Below, piece after piece: positions 48,114 through 59,626 of a stretch of DNA of 64,000 bases. Within the stretch, counting starts at the first letter, position 1, and every line of letters begins with the position of its first letter. Source of the stretch: an uncultured Porphyromonadaceae bacterium (lineage in GTDB: Bacteria; Bacteroidota; Bacteroidia; Bacteroidales; Muribaculaceae); NCBI GenBank assembly GCA_947175665.1, contig CAMWNR010000002.1:88-64087 (forward strand). The letters are read 5' to 3'. The notes below the pieces were generated by a model, which saw only the letters and a program-made list of their open reading frames with translations, did no database searches and was not told where the DNA came from. A program made the translations under genes and the position numbers.

Positions 48114-51100
48114 TTATCTGGCTAATGATACATTTACACTTATACCATAATTGGAGTTTGATGTAGGATACGAAGAATTACTTACCAGCGGCGTATTGAC
48201 CTGATGATCAAAGAACGCATTGAGAGTAATCCTCTTACTCAGGATATAACTTGCCATGAAATTAATCGAGAACGTCCGCGTACCTTGAGTGGCCTGTGTA
48301 TATGCCGTTTCGATTTTACGTATCAAACTGGCGTTATTGGCATAAGAAATATCAAGATTCATAGATAAATCATTACTTACATTGCCCTGCCGACTTCCGA
48401 TCTTGATTATCTTGTTGAAATTGGCAATCTTATATCCGGCACCGATAGTAAGATTTTTAGTAGATGTTTCCACTACCTGTCCGGCTGCCGAATTAAGATT
48501 AAGCGTTCTTGAATCCTTATACTCACACTTTACCGACAATTCATTTTTAAAGGTCATGTTTACACCTACCAGAGGAGCAAATCTCTCGGTTATTGCCACA
48601 CTCGGGATACTGTAAGGTGATGAGGGTACCGGCATATTGGTTTGGGCATCGAGCGTATAACCGAAGTCACCTCCTATGCTCTGCCAATCCAGATAAGAGG
48701 TATACCCACCTGCGGAGTAAGTACATTGATAGGCATGATTAATAGTAAACGTCTTGAAGATATTCTTCATCGGGCCCATCTGCTGAAAACCGTCGTATGT
48801 TATTTTCCAGTTAGGCAACATAGAGGCCAATCCCGGGAAAAGATTGAGCGTAATTTTGTCTACATTCTGACCGCTATATGCAGCGATAAATGCAGGTATC
48901 ATTACATCCGGACTCGTGGCACTTACCTGGCCTACCTGCGGATTATAGGTTGTGCCGGCCAGCGGACTCCCTTCCATAAATCCTGTGGAAGGATATGTTG
49001 ATCCGCGATATGCCTCCTCATATCGTGCTGCAATCCTCGGTATATACTCCAGGAATCGCTCAAAGGCCGCAGAGTAATAGCCATTCTCCGCCTTTGAATT
49101 CTTTAATGCTGTAGCGATTGCCACATGCGTGCGGGTATAGGAACCTGTGCGGGTAGTTGGCATACCGGCATACATAAACTGCACCTGACGTGTGCGCGAA
49201 TCGGTAAGGTTGGACGTAAGCGTGATCTTCAACCCTCTTATCGGTTCGAGTTGCAATTCAAAATTAAATTCTTTACTCTGATTCCATATAGCCGGTGATA
49301 CCTGATTATTGTCTGTAAGGAGCCAGTTACGATCCAGTGCTTTCTCCACATAACTCTCATCATAAAAACCGAACGCGAAATCAAGACCGGGAGCCATAGG
49401 ACCATACTTGGTACTCTGACCGAAAATATCGCCGATATTGGGCCCGAACTGCGGGAGATTAAGCGAGTGGCTTTGCTTCATCCTGAAACTAAGGCTTCTC
49501 GGCATCATCAGAAATCTTAAGGCATACTCGGCAAAGTCATTTGCTATCCTGTCTTTTTTCGGCTTCTCCATCTCGGTAATTGTAACTTTCACATTACTCT
49601 TACCCTTCGAGAGTATCTCCACACGGTTATTGTCCAATACTCTTGTCTTTAGAGTAATCGGTTTTCCGGCTGAGGTAGCGCTAAACTTCACTCGCTTCGT
49701 TTTCAGGTTATGCTCTACTATTGTAGTAGTATCCATAGATAGAGTATAGGCGCGCTCAAACTTCTTCTGATCCTTCTTTTTTAACTTATCCATATTTACG
49801 GTTGCAGTTCTGGATCGCGAACTTGCAAACCGCTTGTTGATCTTCTGTAGATATTTTGATTTATTAAAGAGGGTCTCAAAGTTAAGACGGGCATCTGTAT
49901 TCCAGGTAGTCTGATTCTGAATAGCATTACCTAAGTTTACGCCGTCGATAGTAGCACCGCGATCCCACTGATAATTAGCCGTATAGGTAAGGTTGCCTGT
50001 AAGATAGTCAAGAAAGGCAATTTTATTAAACGGAGCGCGATAAGATCCGGTAAATGTCTGGTTGTAACTCCAGGGCGTACCCAAACTACGCAAAGAGGAG
50101 AGTACCGTATCTTTCCAGTCACGATACTGATCCGGGAACAGTTTCTTATTCACAGCGCCTATCCCCTCCTCAATTCTTGCATTAGTATTTGAATTGAATG
50201 AGAGATTAAGACTCGGCAATAGATTCCATGTCAAGGATAATTGACGATTCCAATAGAAATTCTTGCTCACCTGCACCGGAAGTTGGAAATTTACATCCAC
50301 CTCGCTTCTGGTTTGCTGCTCATAATAATACCTCGTCATGGAGGTCATAAATGTAAGGTTGTTAAACAGCCAGTTTATCTGCCAGTCTTTAAGGAATTTT
50401 GCTGTTTTCCCCTTACCTTTAACCCATGCAAATGGTTTAAGAGGTTTGATCATCGGTGAGTATGAGTATTGGAATGAACCTCTGTAATCATTGGTATACT
50501 CATATTCGGTAGTAGGATCAAAATTTTTCTGCTTATTATACGAGAATGCAAGAGTAAAGTTAGCGGGGTCCCAAGGCATCGGCACCTTACTTGTAACATT
50601 AAACCTCAGATTTGATATCGAGAAACTCTCAGTCTGTTTTCTTGTGACCGCATAATTGCGGATTGAGTCGCGCTCCTGCTTGGTCTGCGCGGCATCGAGA
50701 GCATCCTTGAGCAGAATATCCTGATCAAGAGGATTATATTTAGGTGTAGTAACCTCGTTGGATTTAGCATAATATATCGGTGCGGATAATTTGGCCTTTT
50801 CCGGCAGTAGTTTACCTACATCACCCTGCACTGCCACGTTAATCTGCTGGTAATCTTCCATACGGCGCGAAGAGAGACTCTGATCTACGCCACCGAACCC
50901 GGCTGTCTCCTTATGAAATGCAAAGTTTACATTAGCCACATCGGACACTGCCAGAGCGGCATTGATATTTGCCGCCCAACCGCCATCTTCGTTAAAGTCT
51001 GTAACTTTCAATTCGTTTACCCAGATGGTACCATCTTTTATGGTATTCGACCGGTTACGTATACCGATTAGCATTACCCTCACATCCGAGAGTGATGGGT

Positions 51101-54100
51101 TACCCAACACGCTTACATTATTTCTCTCGTTATTGGGGTCACGTCGGGTAAACACGCGGGTATATCCTACCCCGTCTACACCGGCAGATCGGTCACGGTT
51201 TCTTTCTGTTTTCAGATCCGTAAAGACCTCAAAGGGGAAGTCCATTCTGTTATGAATAGGCCACACGATAGCGCGGTCACCACTATTGTAGTTGTTATAA
51301 ACATCGGGTGGTGTCACATCAAGCGGTATTTCATACTCATAATAGTTATTCTTGACGTCCGACCCCAGACGTATAAACAGCGACAAGTCACCATTTTTTA
51401 GATCTGTGCGGTCATCGATGAGTGCCTCTTCGTGAATCCACATCTGCAGTCTGCGGTAAATACGCAAATCAAGTTGCGTATTTTTATAAATACCGCGTGC
51501 ATCACCGGGCTGGAGATTTGTAACCTTGAGCGAGAGCGACTGCTCATTAAGTTGTGTAGCCTGCGACTGACCGGGATCCTGTATTCGGTCCACTCCCGGA
51601 GGCAATACATAGTTAACCGGAGTGCGGGCGGCATTCTCTTCAATATTTACCACCGACATATCCAGTTCACCCTCGGCCGGTGAATCATTACGACTGTTCA
51701 GATTAAACTGATAGTCTCTCCACTCACCTCTTACCAGTTCGAGGGTAGCAAAACGCAGATGGGTTGTCTCCTTAAACCCGGTCATGAATATACGCGCGAA
51801 ACGTATAGTGGAGAAATCCGAAATTCCACCTACAACTTCGTCAGGTTGCGACAAAGGTATTTTAAACTGATACCACACAGATTCCTGCTGACCGGCGGGA
51901 GTATTTGCAAAACCGATCTGCTTGTCGGTAATGTAATTTTTACCGACCTCAAGATCTTCCGGACGTATAGACACCTTATATTGGAAATAGCGCTCATATT
52001 CATTAAGCGTGTTATCCTGATTTATATCTTCTACATCGGGCACGGTTCTGCTTGACTGGTACTGAGGATTATCACTCTGGTCGGGAGAGAGAGAGTTGCC
52101 TTCCACTCCGTTGTAATGTTTGTATCGCTCAAGTATCGACGCCTGAGTCTCATCATAATAAGCGCTGCGATAGAAATGATAATTATCGCCCGAGGGGTCG
52201 TTAAACGGACTCCAGGGCACCTCCTGCATCTCTGCTATACGTTGAGGTGACAGGCGTGTACGCAGTTTATCGAGATACTCCTTATACGATGAGAAATTAA
52301 ACTCATCATCGTTAGGCAAGCCATCGAGACCTACATCCTGTCTGGGGCGGGCATCCGAGGCATTCTCAAATGCGTATGTAAGCGAGTTCTGACGACTTAC
52401 ACGTCCCCAGTTAGTCTCGGTGATAAATTCATTATTACCATCAATCGGAATACCGTTTTCGTAACTCTTCATGCCATCCTTGAGAATATCTTCAGAGATC
52501 TCACCGAAGTTAAAATAGAGATCACCACCCTCACGGTTAGGATTGTCCGGATCAAGAAATGGGTCGAGAAGCCAGAATTGCAGATACTCTACATTAGAGT
52601 TCTCAAAATTGGAATTATCCATTTTTCTCATAATTCCACCCCATCTCTTTTCGGGCATGAGAAGATTACCCTGATCATCGATATTATCGGCATCAAGGTT
52701 GTACGGACCGCGCTCCTTGGGATAAAACGACAGGTTGAGACATTGTATCAGGTTTTGCTCTCCATATACAATCTCGCGGTTGGGGAAGATCTCACTTACC
52801 TTAACCTCTCTGACGTATGGGTTTGAAAGTTGCTTGAGATCATTTTTAAGATAACCGGGTATCATCGATGAGTTTTTCATCGTGAATATTCGATCTACAT
52901 AATACCACGACAGGAGGGCTCGGTTCTTACCATAATCCACATTGTTAGATAATCCGGCCTCGGGGAATAGCGGATTGCCGCCACCGTTATACGGGGTTGA
53001 ACTTAGAAACCATGAGTAGGGTGATCTTAAATCCACACCGGTCTGTGTAGATTCAAAATCATCGATAAATGACGATCCTTTATTAGAACCCGATTTCTGC
53101 TTATGCGGTACAAGTTGAGCAAACTCCGCATTTATTCTGAAGTTAGAGGGCGCGGTAGCGTTTATGGTAGGTACCTTATTGATAAGGTTTGTAAGCCAGA
53201 AGAAGTTTTTATTATATGAGAGGTTTATACCCCACATTGTATTATTTATGACTTCGTCACCAATATTTACTTTTTCTGTGAGTGATTTTTCAGAGAAATG
53301 CAGGAGCGTTCCCCCCAGCGTGAAGTCTTTATTAAACTTATATTGCGCATCGAGTCCGAGCAGAGTCTTGCGCTGCATCGAGAATAACGATTGATTCTCA
53401 AGCGTTACACTTACATTTGTACCGGAATCTATTATGCTCTGATTGGTAATAGTGACAATACCCATACTGTAATCTACGGTATAATCCGAGTTCTCTACCA
53501 GGGTTGCACCTCCGGCCGTAACCACTACCGAACCTCGCGGCACATTCATCGCATTAAGCCTGATCTGCGCTCCGTTTGATGCCTGATACTCACCTATAAG
53601 CGAATACTTATCTTTGTCGGCAAACTGCTTTGCAACCACAAGAGTACTGTCATACAGTTCCTTAAACACGTATGGTGCCGCAAGGTCCGCATTACCTATC
53701 TTACGCTCCAGATGCGCGCCAAACGGTTCGGCTACCGGAAATATAATCTTACCTGACTGCGACAACACAGTGTATCCCTCCACATAGTCAAAGAAACCAT
53801 CTGAATTAGACTCCTGGTTTGAGTCCAGTCGGTCGAGGTTCATAACCTGCAGAAGTGGCTGGTTTGAGATATTGCCTACAGGGAGATAATTAATTTCAGT
53901 ACCTGTAGTATCCGATAGATATTTGATATTAAGTTTGAAGTTTTTCTGTTGTAACTGATAGGCACCGAGATTATACACGTTTTTCATCATAAGTCTCCAC
54001 ATCGGCAACTTTGTAGAGATTGTGGTGCCGCGCAGCATCTTCAGATAGAGAGATTGGTCAGTCTGCGTAATATCGCTCGAAAACTCACCTACCTGATAAA

Positions 54101-55589
54101 CCTTGCCATTGTAGGTATATTCAAACGCTACAGCAAGCACCTCGTCTGAATTAAGTGCCTGCTTGAGTGAGATATATCCGAGTTGTGAATTTAATGTATA
54201 CTCTGTAGATTTGAGTAATCGGGCGCTTTCTACTTTTTCATAATCCTTACCACCCTCTATACCGTATGCCTGTAGGGGTTCCAATACCTGAGTCACACGG
54301 TTTATATTGCGCGCATCTGGATACTGATCCTTAATTACGGTAAGAAGGTTATTTGAACTGTTGGTCGGGATAGGGAGACTCCTGTCGGGTATCCAATAGT
54401 CATTGGCAAGATTACTGTTTTCACCCAGATCCATGAAGCCTACGAAGTTTCGGCTCTCCTGATAATTTGAATTTTTATTGGTTATCCAGACTTCGATACG
54501 GGTAATGGATATACCGGAGGATATCAGTGGTATTCTGGCAGCAAAAGCATCGTAATTCTCATAAAAATATTGGGAGAGAAAGAAGTGGCGGTTTGCATCA
54601 TAATCGTTTGCGCGAATGCTGAACTGCGTACTCTGCACACCACCGGTGGTGTTAATGGTCTTTGACTCGGAATTTTGCTGTGAGAGCAGACCGGTCAAGG
54701 TCAGTTTGCCGAATTGCAGTTTCGCTTTAGCACCAAACAGTGCCGTACCTCCGCGTATCAGCGACGAACCGGTCGTCATGCTGACATTACCGGCCTCTAT
54801 CGATTTGATAATTTCATCTTCTTTACCTTCGTATGCCAGTTTGAGGTTTTTAGAGTCAAAATCAAATGTAGCATCGGTATTATAGGTCATGTTGAATTTT
54901 AACTTGTCACCTACCGATGCCCCTATGGTAGCCTGAATCTTCTGATCAAAATCAAAATAAGTCTTACGACGCGAGCGTAGAGACAAGGCCGGATTATCGG
55001 TCTTATTACTCTTCACTCCCATAGATAACTGTATAGAACCCTGCGTAGTAAGGCGCACTCCCCCGGGTCCGAAGATTTTTTCGAGCGGACCGAGGGCGAA
55101 GTTCATATCCAGTATGTTAAATGGTTGCTTTTCTGCATTCTGCACAGTGACAGAGTTGCGCTCTCTGAAGTAATCATACATATCCCGACGATTGATCATC
55201 GAGTTGTACTCCTCGGGAGTCATCATATATGGGGTCACTATATCCATATCTCCCACCCGGGTATGGATTACATATTTCCCTATCTCCGGATCATACACGA
55301 CCTCTGTCTTAATATTCTGAGGATCTGACAGGTCGGCCGCATATTCCCGGCCGATATAGTCGGCATAACCTCTGGGAAGTGTCGGACTTACAGGCGACGG
55401 GAGAATTATCGAATCCGGAATATGTGTACCCTCGATATACTCCCCTACCGGAGCCGGAGGAGGCGGAGTAAGTTCGGATTTACGGTATTGGGCTACAGAT
55501 ATGACGAATGCCGATACCATTATTAGTAATAGTACCGGTAATAGTTTTATAAATCTGTCAGTTACGAAGTGTCGTCTCCGTGATGTCAT
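48114..55589 (-). CDS. sprA: T9SS outer-membrane translocon SprA/Sov
   Basis: 2491 aa with a very large beta-barrel-type composition. It sits immediately downstream of ruvA, the conserved Bacteroidota synteny for sprA/sov. Confidence 0.9.
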   Translation of the reverse strand: MTSRRRHFVTDRFIKLLPVLLLIMVSAFVISVAQYRKSELTPPPPAPVGEYIEGTHIPDSIILPSPVSPTLPRGYADYIGREYAADLSDPQNIKTEVVYDPEIGKYVIHTRVGDMDIVTPYMMTPEEYNSMINRRDMYDYFRERNSVTVQNAEKQPFNILDMNFALGPLEKIFGPGGVRLTTQGSIQLSMGVKSNKTDNPALSLRSRRKTYFDFDQKIQATIGASVGDKLKFNMTYNTDATFDFDSKNLKLAYEGKEDEIIKSIEAGNVSMTTGSSLIRGGTALFGAKAKLQFGKLTLTGLLSQQNSESKTINTTGGVQSTQFSIRANDYDANRHFFLSQYFYENYDAFAARIPLISSGISITRIEVWITNKNSNYQESRNFVGFMDLGENSNLANDYWIPDRSLPIPTNSSNNLLTVIKDQYPDARNINRVTQVLEPLQAYGIEGGKDYEKVESARLLKSTEYTLNSQLGYISLKQALNSDEVLAVAFEYTYNGKVYQVGEFSSDITQTDQSLYLKMLRGTTISTKLPMWRLMMKNVYNLGAYQLQQKNFKLNIKYLSDTTGTEINYLPVGNISNQPLLQVMNLDRLDSNQESNSDGFFDYVEGYTVLSQSGKIIFPVAEPFGAHLERKIGNADLAAPYVFKELYDSTLVVAKQFADKDKYSLIGEYQASNGAQIRLNAMNVPRGSVVVTAGGATLVENSDYTVDYSMGIVTITNQSIIDSGTNVSVTLENQSLFSMQRKTLLGLDAQYKFNKDFTLGGTLLHFSEKSLTEKVNIGDEVINNTMWGINLSYNKNFFWLTNLINKVPTINATAPSNFRINAEFAQLVPHKQKSGSNKGSSFIDDFESTQTGVDLRSPYSWFLSSTPYNGGGNPLFPEAGLSNNVDYGKNRALLSWYYVDRIFTMKNSSMIPGYLKNDLKQLSNPYVREVKVSEIFPNREIVYGEQNLIQCLNLSFYPKERGPYNLDADNIDDQGNLLMPEKRWGGIMRKMDNSNFENSNVEYLQFWLLDPFLDPDNPNREGGDLYFNFGEISEDILKDGMKSYENGIPIDGNNEFITETNWGRVSRQNSLTYAFENASDARPRQDVGLDGLPNDDEFNFSSYKEYLDKLRTRLSPQRIAEMQEVPWSPFNDPSGDNYHFYRSAYYDETQASILERYKHYNGVEGNSLSPDQSDNPQYQSSRTVPDVEDINQDNTLNEYERYFQYKVSIRPEDLEVGKNYITDKQIGFANTPAGQQESVWYQFKIPLSQPDEVVGGISDFSTIRFARIFMTGFKETTHLRFATLELVRGEWRDYQFNLNSRNDSPAEGELDMSVVNIEENAARTPVNYVLPPGVDRIQDPGQSQATQLNEQSLSLKVTNLQPGDARGIYKNTQLDLRIYRRLQMWIHEEALIDDRTDLKNGDLSLFIRLGSDVKNNYYEYEIPLDVTPPDVYNNYNSGDRAIVWPIHNRMDFPFEVFTDLKTERNRDRSAGVDGVGYTRVFTRRDPNNERNNVSVLGNPSLSDVRVMLIGIRNRSNTIKDGTIWVNELKVTDFNEDGGWAANINAALAVSDVANVNFAFHKETAGFGGVDQSLSSRRMEDYQQINVAVQGDVGKLLPEKAKLSAPIYYAKSNEVTTPKYNPLDQDILLKDALDAAQTKQERDSIRNYAVTRKQTESFSISNLRFNVTSKVPMPWDPANFTLAFSYNKQKNFDPTTEYEYTNDYRGSFQYSYSPMIKPLKPFAWVKGKGKTAKFLKDWQINWLFNNLTFMTSMTRYYYEQQTRSEVDVNFQLPVQVSKNFYWNRQLSLTWNLLPSLNLSFNSNTNARIEEGIGAVNKKLFPDQYRDWKDTVLSSLRSLGTPWSYNQTFTGSYRAPFNKIAFLDYLTGNLTYTANYQWDRGATIDGVNLGNAIQNQTTWNTDARLNFETLFNKSKYLQKINKRFASSRSRTATVNMDKLKKKDQKKFERAYTLSMDTTTIVEHNLKTKRVKFSATSAGKPITLKTRVLDNNRVEILSKGKSNVKVTITEMEKPKKDRIANDFAEYALRFLMMPRSLSFRMKQSHSLNLPQFGPNIGDIFGQSTKYGPMAPGLDFAFGFYDESYVEKALDRNWLLTDNNQVSPAIWNQSKEFNFELQLEPIRGLKITLTSNLTDSRTRQVQFMYAGMPTTRTGSYTRTHVAIATALKNSKAENGYYSAAFERFLEYIPRIAARYEEAYRGSTYPSTGFMEGSPLAGTTYNPQVGQVSATSPDVMIPAFIAAYSGQNVDKITLNLFPGLASMLPNWKITYDGFQQMGPMKNIFKTFTINHAYQCTYSAGGYTSYLDWQSIGGDFGYTLDAQTNMPVPSSPYSIPSVAITERFAPLVGVNMTFKNELSVKCEYKDSRTLNLNSAAGQVVETSTKNLTIGAGYKIANFNKIIKIGSRQGNVSNDLSMNLDISYANNASLIRKIETAYTQATQGTRTFSINFMASYILSKRITLNAFFDHQVNTPLVSNSSYPTSNSNYGISVNVSLAR

Positions 55590-55661
55590 TTAGTCGGTAA
55601 GTTATTTTTTACCACTATCTCAGATGTTAGATGCTACATCATCCGGATTCCAATACGGCCC

Positions 55662-56243
55662 TTACAGCATCTTCAACGCCATTGCCACTGCCTTCTCGGT
55701 GGTAAGTTGCGGATTCTCTCCAAATAGTTTCTGAAGTACCTTCTGACTCGGCAGTTGTGAGAAACCTAACATTACCAAGGCCGCCAGAGCATCCTTATAT
55801 GCATCATCTGATAGAGGTGTATGAGTAGATAACGCTGACAGGTCTACATTTATTTTATCCTTGAGGTCTACAATAATACGTTGTGCGGTTTTACCCCCGA
55901 TACCTTTTACACTTTTCAGCATTTTATCATTGCCCGAGGCGATAATCTCGCTGAGTTGATCGGAGGTTAGCGACGATAATATCAATCGTGCGGTATTAGG
56001 ACCTACCCCGCTCACTCCGATTAGAAGTCGGAAATATTCACGTTCGCGTTTATCTAAAAAACCGTACAATAAATGAGCATCTTCCCGTATCGACTCATGA
56101 ATGTAGAGTTTAACACGCTCTTTACCTTGTAGATCGGCATAATCTATCAATGTTATATTTATCTCATATCCTACACCGGAGCAGTCTATTACCGCTGTTG
56201 TCGGAGTTAATTCTGCTAATGCACCTGCAATATAATCTATCAT
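55662..56243 (-). CDS. ruvA: Holliday junction branch migration complex subunit RuvA
   Basis: [12 protein letters not shown]...[10 protein letters not shown]...[18 protein letters not shown] chose the start at 56243 because a -7 box lies inside the longer track ORF. Confidence 0.9.
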   Translation of the reverse strand: MIDYIAGALAELTPTTAVIDCSGVGYEINITLIDYADLQGKERVKLYIHESIREDAHLLYGFLDKREREYFRLLIGVSGVGPNTARLILSSLTSDQLSEIIASGNDKMLKSVKGIGGKTAQRIIVDLKDKINVDLSALSTHTPLSDDAYKDALAALVMLGFSQLPSQKVLQKLFGENPQLTTEKAVAMALKML

Positions 56244-56263
56244 ATTCACGTTTTTATATATCA

Positions 56264-56271
56264 CAAAGATA
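56264..56271 (-). promoter_or_regulatory. -7 promoter box TATCTTTG (minus strand) for the ruvA-sprA operon
   Basis: The reverse complement of CAAAGATA matches the box. It lies 21 nt upstream of the ATG at 56243. Confidence 0.45.
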
Positions 56272-56293
56272 CAATTTTCTATTGACATAACTT

Positions 56294-56920
56294 ATGAATT
56301 TATCATATAATTCTTCGCTACTTGATTCCGCTGTAGATCATCTCTCCAAACTTCCGGGCATAGGGCGCAAGACTGCCCTGCGCCTTGCGCTGCATCTGCT
56401 TCGTGCTGATGAGGATGAGGCTATCTCGTTGGGTGAATCTCTTATCGAGATGCGTCGCAATATCAGATATTGCAGTAAGTGCCATAATATCAGTGAGACT
56501 GAAGTTTGCGACATCTGCTCTTCTCCCAGACGCTCTGCCGAGGTTGTCTGTGTGGTCGAGAATGTTAAGGATGTTCTCACCATAGAGTCTACCCATGAAT
56601 TCAACGGGCTATATCATGTGTTGGGCGGTGTTATTTCTCCCCTCGATGGCATCTCCCCTTCTGACCTTGAGATTGATTCGCTGATCGAGAGAGTCAAAGA
56701 GGATAATATCGAGGAAGTGATACTTGCCTTAAACCCCACAATCGAGGGGGATACCACTAATTTTTACATTTTTCGCAAACTTGCTGATTATAATGTTAAA
56801 ATTTCGGTCCTCGCCCGCGGTATATCAATTGGCAACGAACTCGAATATACCGACGAACTCACCCTCGGTCGTTCCATATTAAACCGTATACCTTTTAGCA
56901 ATACCTTTTCTTCCAAATGA
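56294..56920 (+). CDS. recR: Recombination protein RecR
   Basis: 208 aa with an HhH region ([19 protein letters not shown]), a C4 zinc finger ([16 protein letters not shown]) and a Toprim domain. Confidence 0.95.
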   Translation: MNLSYNSSLLDSAVDHLSKLPGIGRKTALRLALHLLRADEDEAISLGESLIEMRRNIRYCSKCHNISETEVCDICSSPRRSAEVVCVVENVKDVLTIESTHEFNGLYHVLGGVISPLDGISPSDLEIDSLIERVKEDNIEEVILALNPTIEGDTTNFYIFRKLADYNVKISVLARGISIGNELEYTDELTLGRSILNRIPFSNTFSSK

Positions 56921-57468
56921 TTAACCGTTCTGAACCTGAATCATATTTCGGCTATAATGTACAGTATGGCGATAATTTCTCTCTCAGAGGTGTCGAACCT
57001 GAGGATGTGGATCTCCTGTTTAAGATAGAGAGTGACCCTAAATCAGGCACGATAGCCGAATTCGGTGCACCCCTTTCCCGACACCTCCTCACAGAGTACG
57101 CACTTAATTATGATGCAGACCCTTTCAAGTCCGGACAGTTAAGATTAATCATCTCTCTTCATTCCGATGTAGTAGGTCTGCTTGATATTTTCGATATTTC
57201 TCCACGCAACCGTACTGCCGAAGTTGGCATTTACATCCTCCCTGAGTTTCGTATGGAGGGAGTGGCTCTGCATGCTCTCGAAGAAGGTGCGAAATACTGT
57301 GCTCAACATCTCGGTCTGCGTTCTCTCATGGCCAAAGTGCTTGAGAGTAATGATAAATCGCATGCTTTGTTTGTAAAAGCAGGCTACCGCACTGTCGGCA
57401 AACTCACTGACTGGCAGTTCTTTAACGGCACATATCAATCAGTTACAATTTTCCAACTGAAATTGTAA
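56917..57468 (+). CDS. GNAT family N-acetyltransferase
   Basis: 183 aa with a RimJ/RimL-like layout ([20 protein letters not shown]). ATGA overlap with recR. Confidence 0.72.
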   Translation: MINRSEPESYFGYNVQYGDNFSLRGVEPEDVDLLFKIESDPKSGTIAEFGAPLSRHLLTEYALNYDADPFKSGQLRLIISLHSDVVGLLDIFDISPRNRTAEVGIYILPEFRMEGVALHALEEGAKYCAQHLGLRSLMAKVLESNDKSHALFVKAGYRTVGKLTDWQFFNGTYQSVTIFQLKL

Positions 57469-57612
57469 CTGATTGATTAGTATTGTGGTTACTATCGGGG
57501 GCGGTTCTCCACTCCTGAGATCACACCGGCCGGATTAGGAAAGCAATGATTTTTATTTTAATTTTGAAGCGCTATTTTTTAATCAGATATTGTATATGAT
57601 ATTAATAATTGT

Positions 57613-57620
57613 TACTTTTG
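57613..57620 (+). promoter_or_regulatory. -7 promoter box TACTTTTG
   Basis: Matches TAnnTTTG, 51 nt upstream of the ATG at 57672. Confidence 0.4.
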
Positions 57621-57671
57621 CATATATTTAATTAAAGCAATAATTATTAATTAATTTATAATATCAAGTTC

Positions 57672-59522
57672 ATGAAAAAGTTTTTACTTTCTTTTGCTGC
57701 AGTAGCCCTTGCCACAACCCCTATGATGGCAGAACAGGTGACTGATGTTCTCAACATTACTGATTTCATCACCGACGGGTCTACTTCTTCATACAAGAAC
57801 GTTTCCTTCACTGCACCGTCAGGGGTAACTTATGGCGCTAATGTTGCATGCGCTAACCAAAGTAATGGCAGTGGATTCCAACTCCGTGGAACTAACCCTT
57901 CAGGTATCTGGGTTACTGAAAATCCTAATAACCTTGAATTGGTCTCAGTAACGATTACCTGGGGAAGTAGTACCGCCAATGCACGTATACTTGATTTTTA
58001 TCAAAAGGATTCCGCTTATGCATCAGGAGACTTATATGCATCATCATCATCAACTCAAGGATCGTCTATCGGTTCTCTCGCAAAATCTTCTGATCAGACC
58101 GTTCTCACAGATCTTGATACTGATATCCACTACTGGGGTTTACGCTCTAAGTCTAGCGCTCTTTACCTCGGTCCGGAAATCACCGTAGTTTACAACAAGA
58201 TTGACTCTGATAAAAAGGAAGCGGAACTCTCTTTCAATAAGACTGAGTTTAACGTCGCTTCTACTCTTAAGTATTTCGGTGATGCTTACCTCAGCAATCC
58301 CAACAACTTGACTGTTACCTACTCTTCTTCTGACACTTCAGTTGCAGAAATCACTGCCAATGGTGTTCAGATCAATGGTGTAGGTACAACTGTCATCACT
58401 GCTACTTCTGAAGAAAACGATGAGTACATGGCCGGTAAGGCTTCTTATACTCTCAATGTACTTAACCCCGTTACTTCTGTGGCTCAGATGCTCGCCCTCT
58501 CTACAGGTGACAAAATCCTCGTTAACGCAGAACTTATGGTCGGTTTTGTTAATAACAGCAACATCTTTGTAACTGATGGTGAAGACTGGATCCAGATCTA
58601 CGGTGCTAATGATTATAAGAAGGGTGATGTTCTCCGCGCAGGTTGGCCCGCTACTTATACACTTTATAACGGCGTGACTCCGGAACTCACAGATGCTACT
58701 CTCCCCGTTTCTACTTCTAACGCCGCTACATATCTTCAGTACCCCGTTCTTGGCTACCCCACTACTGCTGATGTAAATAAAGTTGCTTACTTCACTATTA
58801 CTTTTGATGAGGCAACTCCTGCCGATAAATCCAATTTCGAAGGTACTATCGACGGTACTTCTGTAACTATGCGTAACAACTACACTATCGAAAGCGTAGA
58901 GGCCGGTACTTACAAGGTTCTCGCTGTTGTAGTGGTTTACAATGGTAATGTTCAACTCTATCCCGTTTCATACGAAGATGTTACTACCGCAGTAGAACTC
59001 CCCTCTACTATTGATATTACTGTCAACAGTTCCGCTGCTACAGTTTCTCAATCTTACGACGGAGACACTTACAACATCACTATTAAGGGTCAGGCTGAGA
59101 AAGGTGAAGATACTATCCAGGTTAATCTCGCTACTCCCGAAGGTTTTGACGGTTTCCTCCTCTACTCTGCTGAATACGGAGATATAACCATCCTCACAAG
59201 CACTGCTGCAAAAGCACCCGCTGAGTGGGTTCCTTCAAGCGCTTTCCCCGGCAAAAAATCTAATGCCTTTATCGCTACTGCCGACAATTATGAATACGAA
59301 GTTCAGGGTTGCCTCTACAAGGGGGATGAAATCGCTTCTAACGGTATGCTTTACTTCACAGTAAAAGTTGCCAAAGGTGAAACTGTAGGTGTTAACGAAG
59401 TTGAAGAGGCTGCTGCTGAGGCTGAATACTATACTCTCGATGGTGTTAAGGTAGCAAATCCCGCTAATGGTGTTTACGTTAAAGTTACCGGTGACAAGGC
59501 TGAGAAAGTAGTTATCAAGTAA
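57672..59522 (+). CDS. Secreted protein with Big_2-like Ig domain and T9SS C-terminal sorting domain
   Basis: The signal peptide is MKKFLLSFAAVALATTPMMA. A Big_2-like segment reads TVTYSSSDTSVAEITANGVQINGVGTTVITAT. The C-terminus EYYTLDGVKVANPANGVYVKVTGDKAEKVVIK has the pattern of T9SS CTDs. Confidence 0.6.
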   Translation: MKKFLLSFAAVALATTPMMAEQVTDVLNITDFITDGSTSSYKNVSFTAPSGVTYGANVACANQSNGSGFQLRGTNPSGIWVTENPNNLELVSVTITWGSSTANARILDFYQKDSAYASGDLYASSSSTQGSSIGSLAKSSDQTVLTDLDTDIHYWGLRSKSSALYLGPEITVVYNKIDSDKKEAELSFNKTEFNVASTLKYFGDAYLSNPNNLTVTYSSSDTSVAEITANGVQINGVGTTVITATSEENDEYMAGKASYTLNVLNPVTSVAQMLALSTGDKILVNAELMVGFVNNSNIFVTDGEDWIQIYGANDYKKGDVLRAGWPATYTLYNGVTPELTDATLPVSTSNAATYLQYPVLGYPTTADVNKVAYFTITFDEATPADKSNFEGTIDGTSVTMRNNYTIESVEAGTYKVLAVVVVYNGNVQLYPVSYEDVTTAVELPSTIDITVNSSAATVSQSYDGDTYNITIKGQAEKGEDTIQVNLATPEGFDGFLLYSAEYGDITILTSTAAKAPAEWVPSSAFPGKKSNAFIATADNYEYEVQGCLYKGDEIASNGMLYFTVKVAKGETVGVNEVEEAAAEAEYYTLDGVKVANPANGVYVKVTGDKAEKVVIK

Positions 59523-59560
59523 TCTATATAAAGATTTAATACTTTATTAACTATATATTT

Positions 59561-59600
59561 GAGCGGTTTTGACTTTTAAGCCAAAACCGCTCTTATTTTT
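59561..59600 (+). terminator. Rho-independent terminator
   Basis: GAGCGGTTTTG-N10-CAAAACCGCTC followed by TTATTTTT. Confidence 0.75.
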
Positions 59601-59626
59601 ATCACTATTTCCTGTTTTTAGAAAAT

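Noticed and set aside
56244-56288. Longer RuvA start ([15 protein letters not shown]...). The same reasoning applies to the extended starts at 62030 (engB), 21855, 23048, 16339 and 20167.
   Set aside because: The conserved protein N-termini begin at internal Met codons. For ruvA, a TATCTTTG promoter box lies inside the extension.
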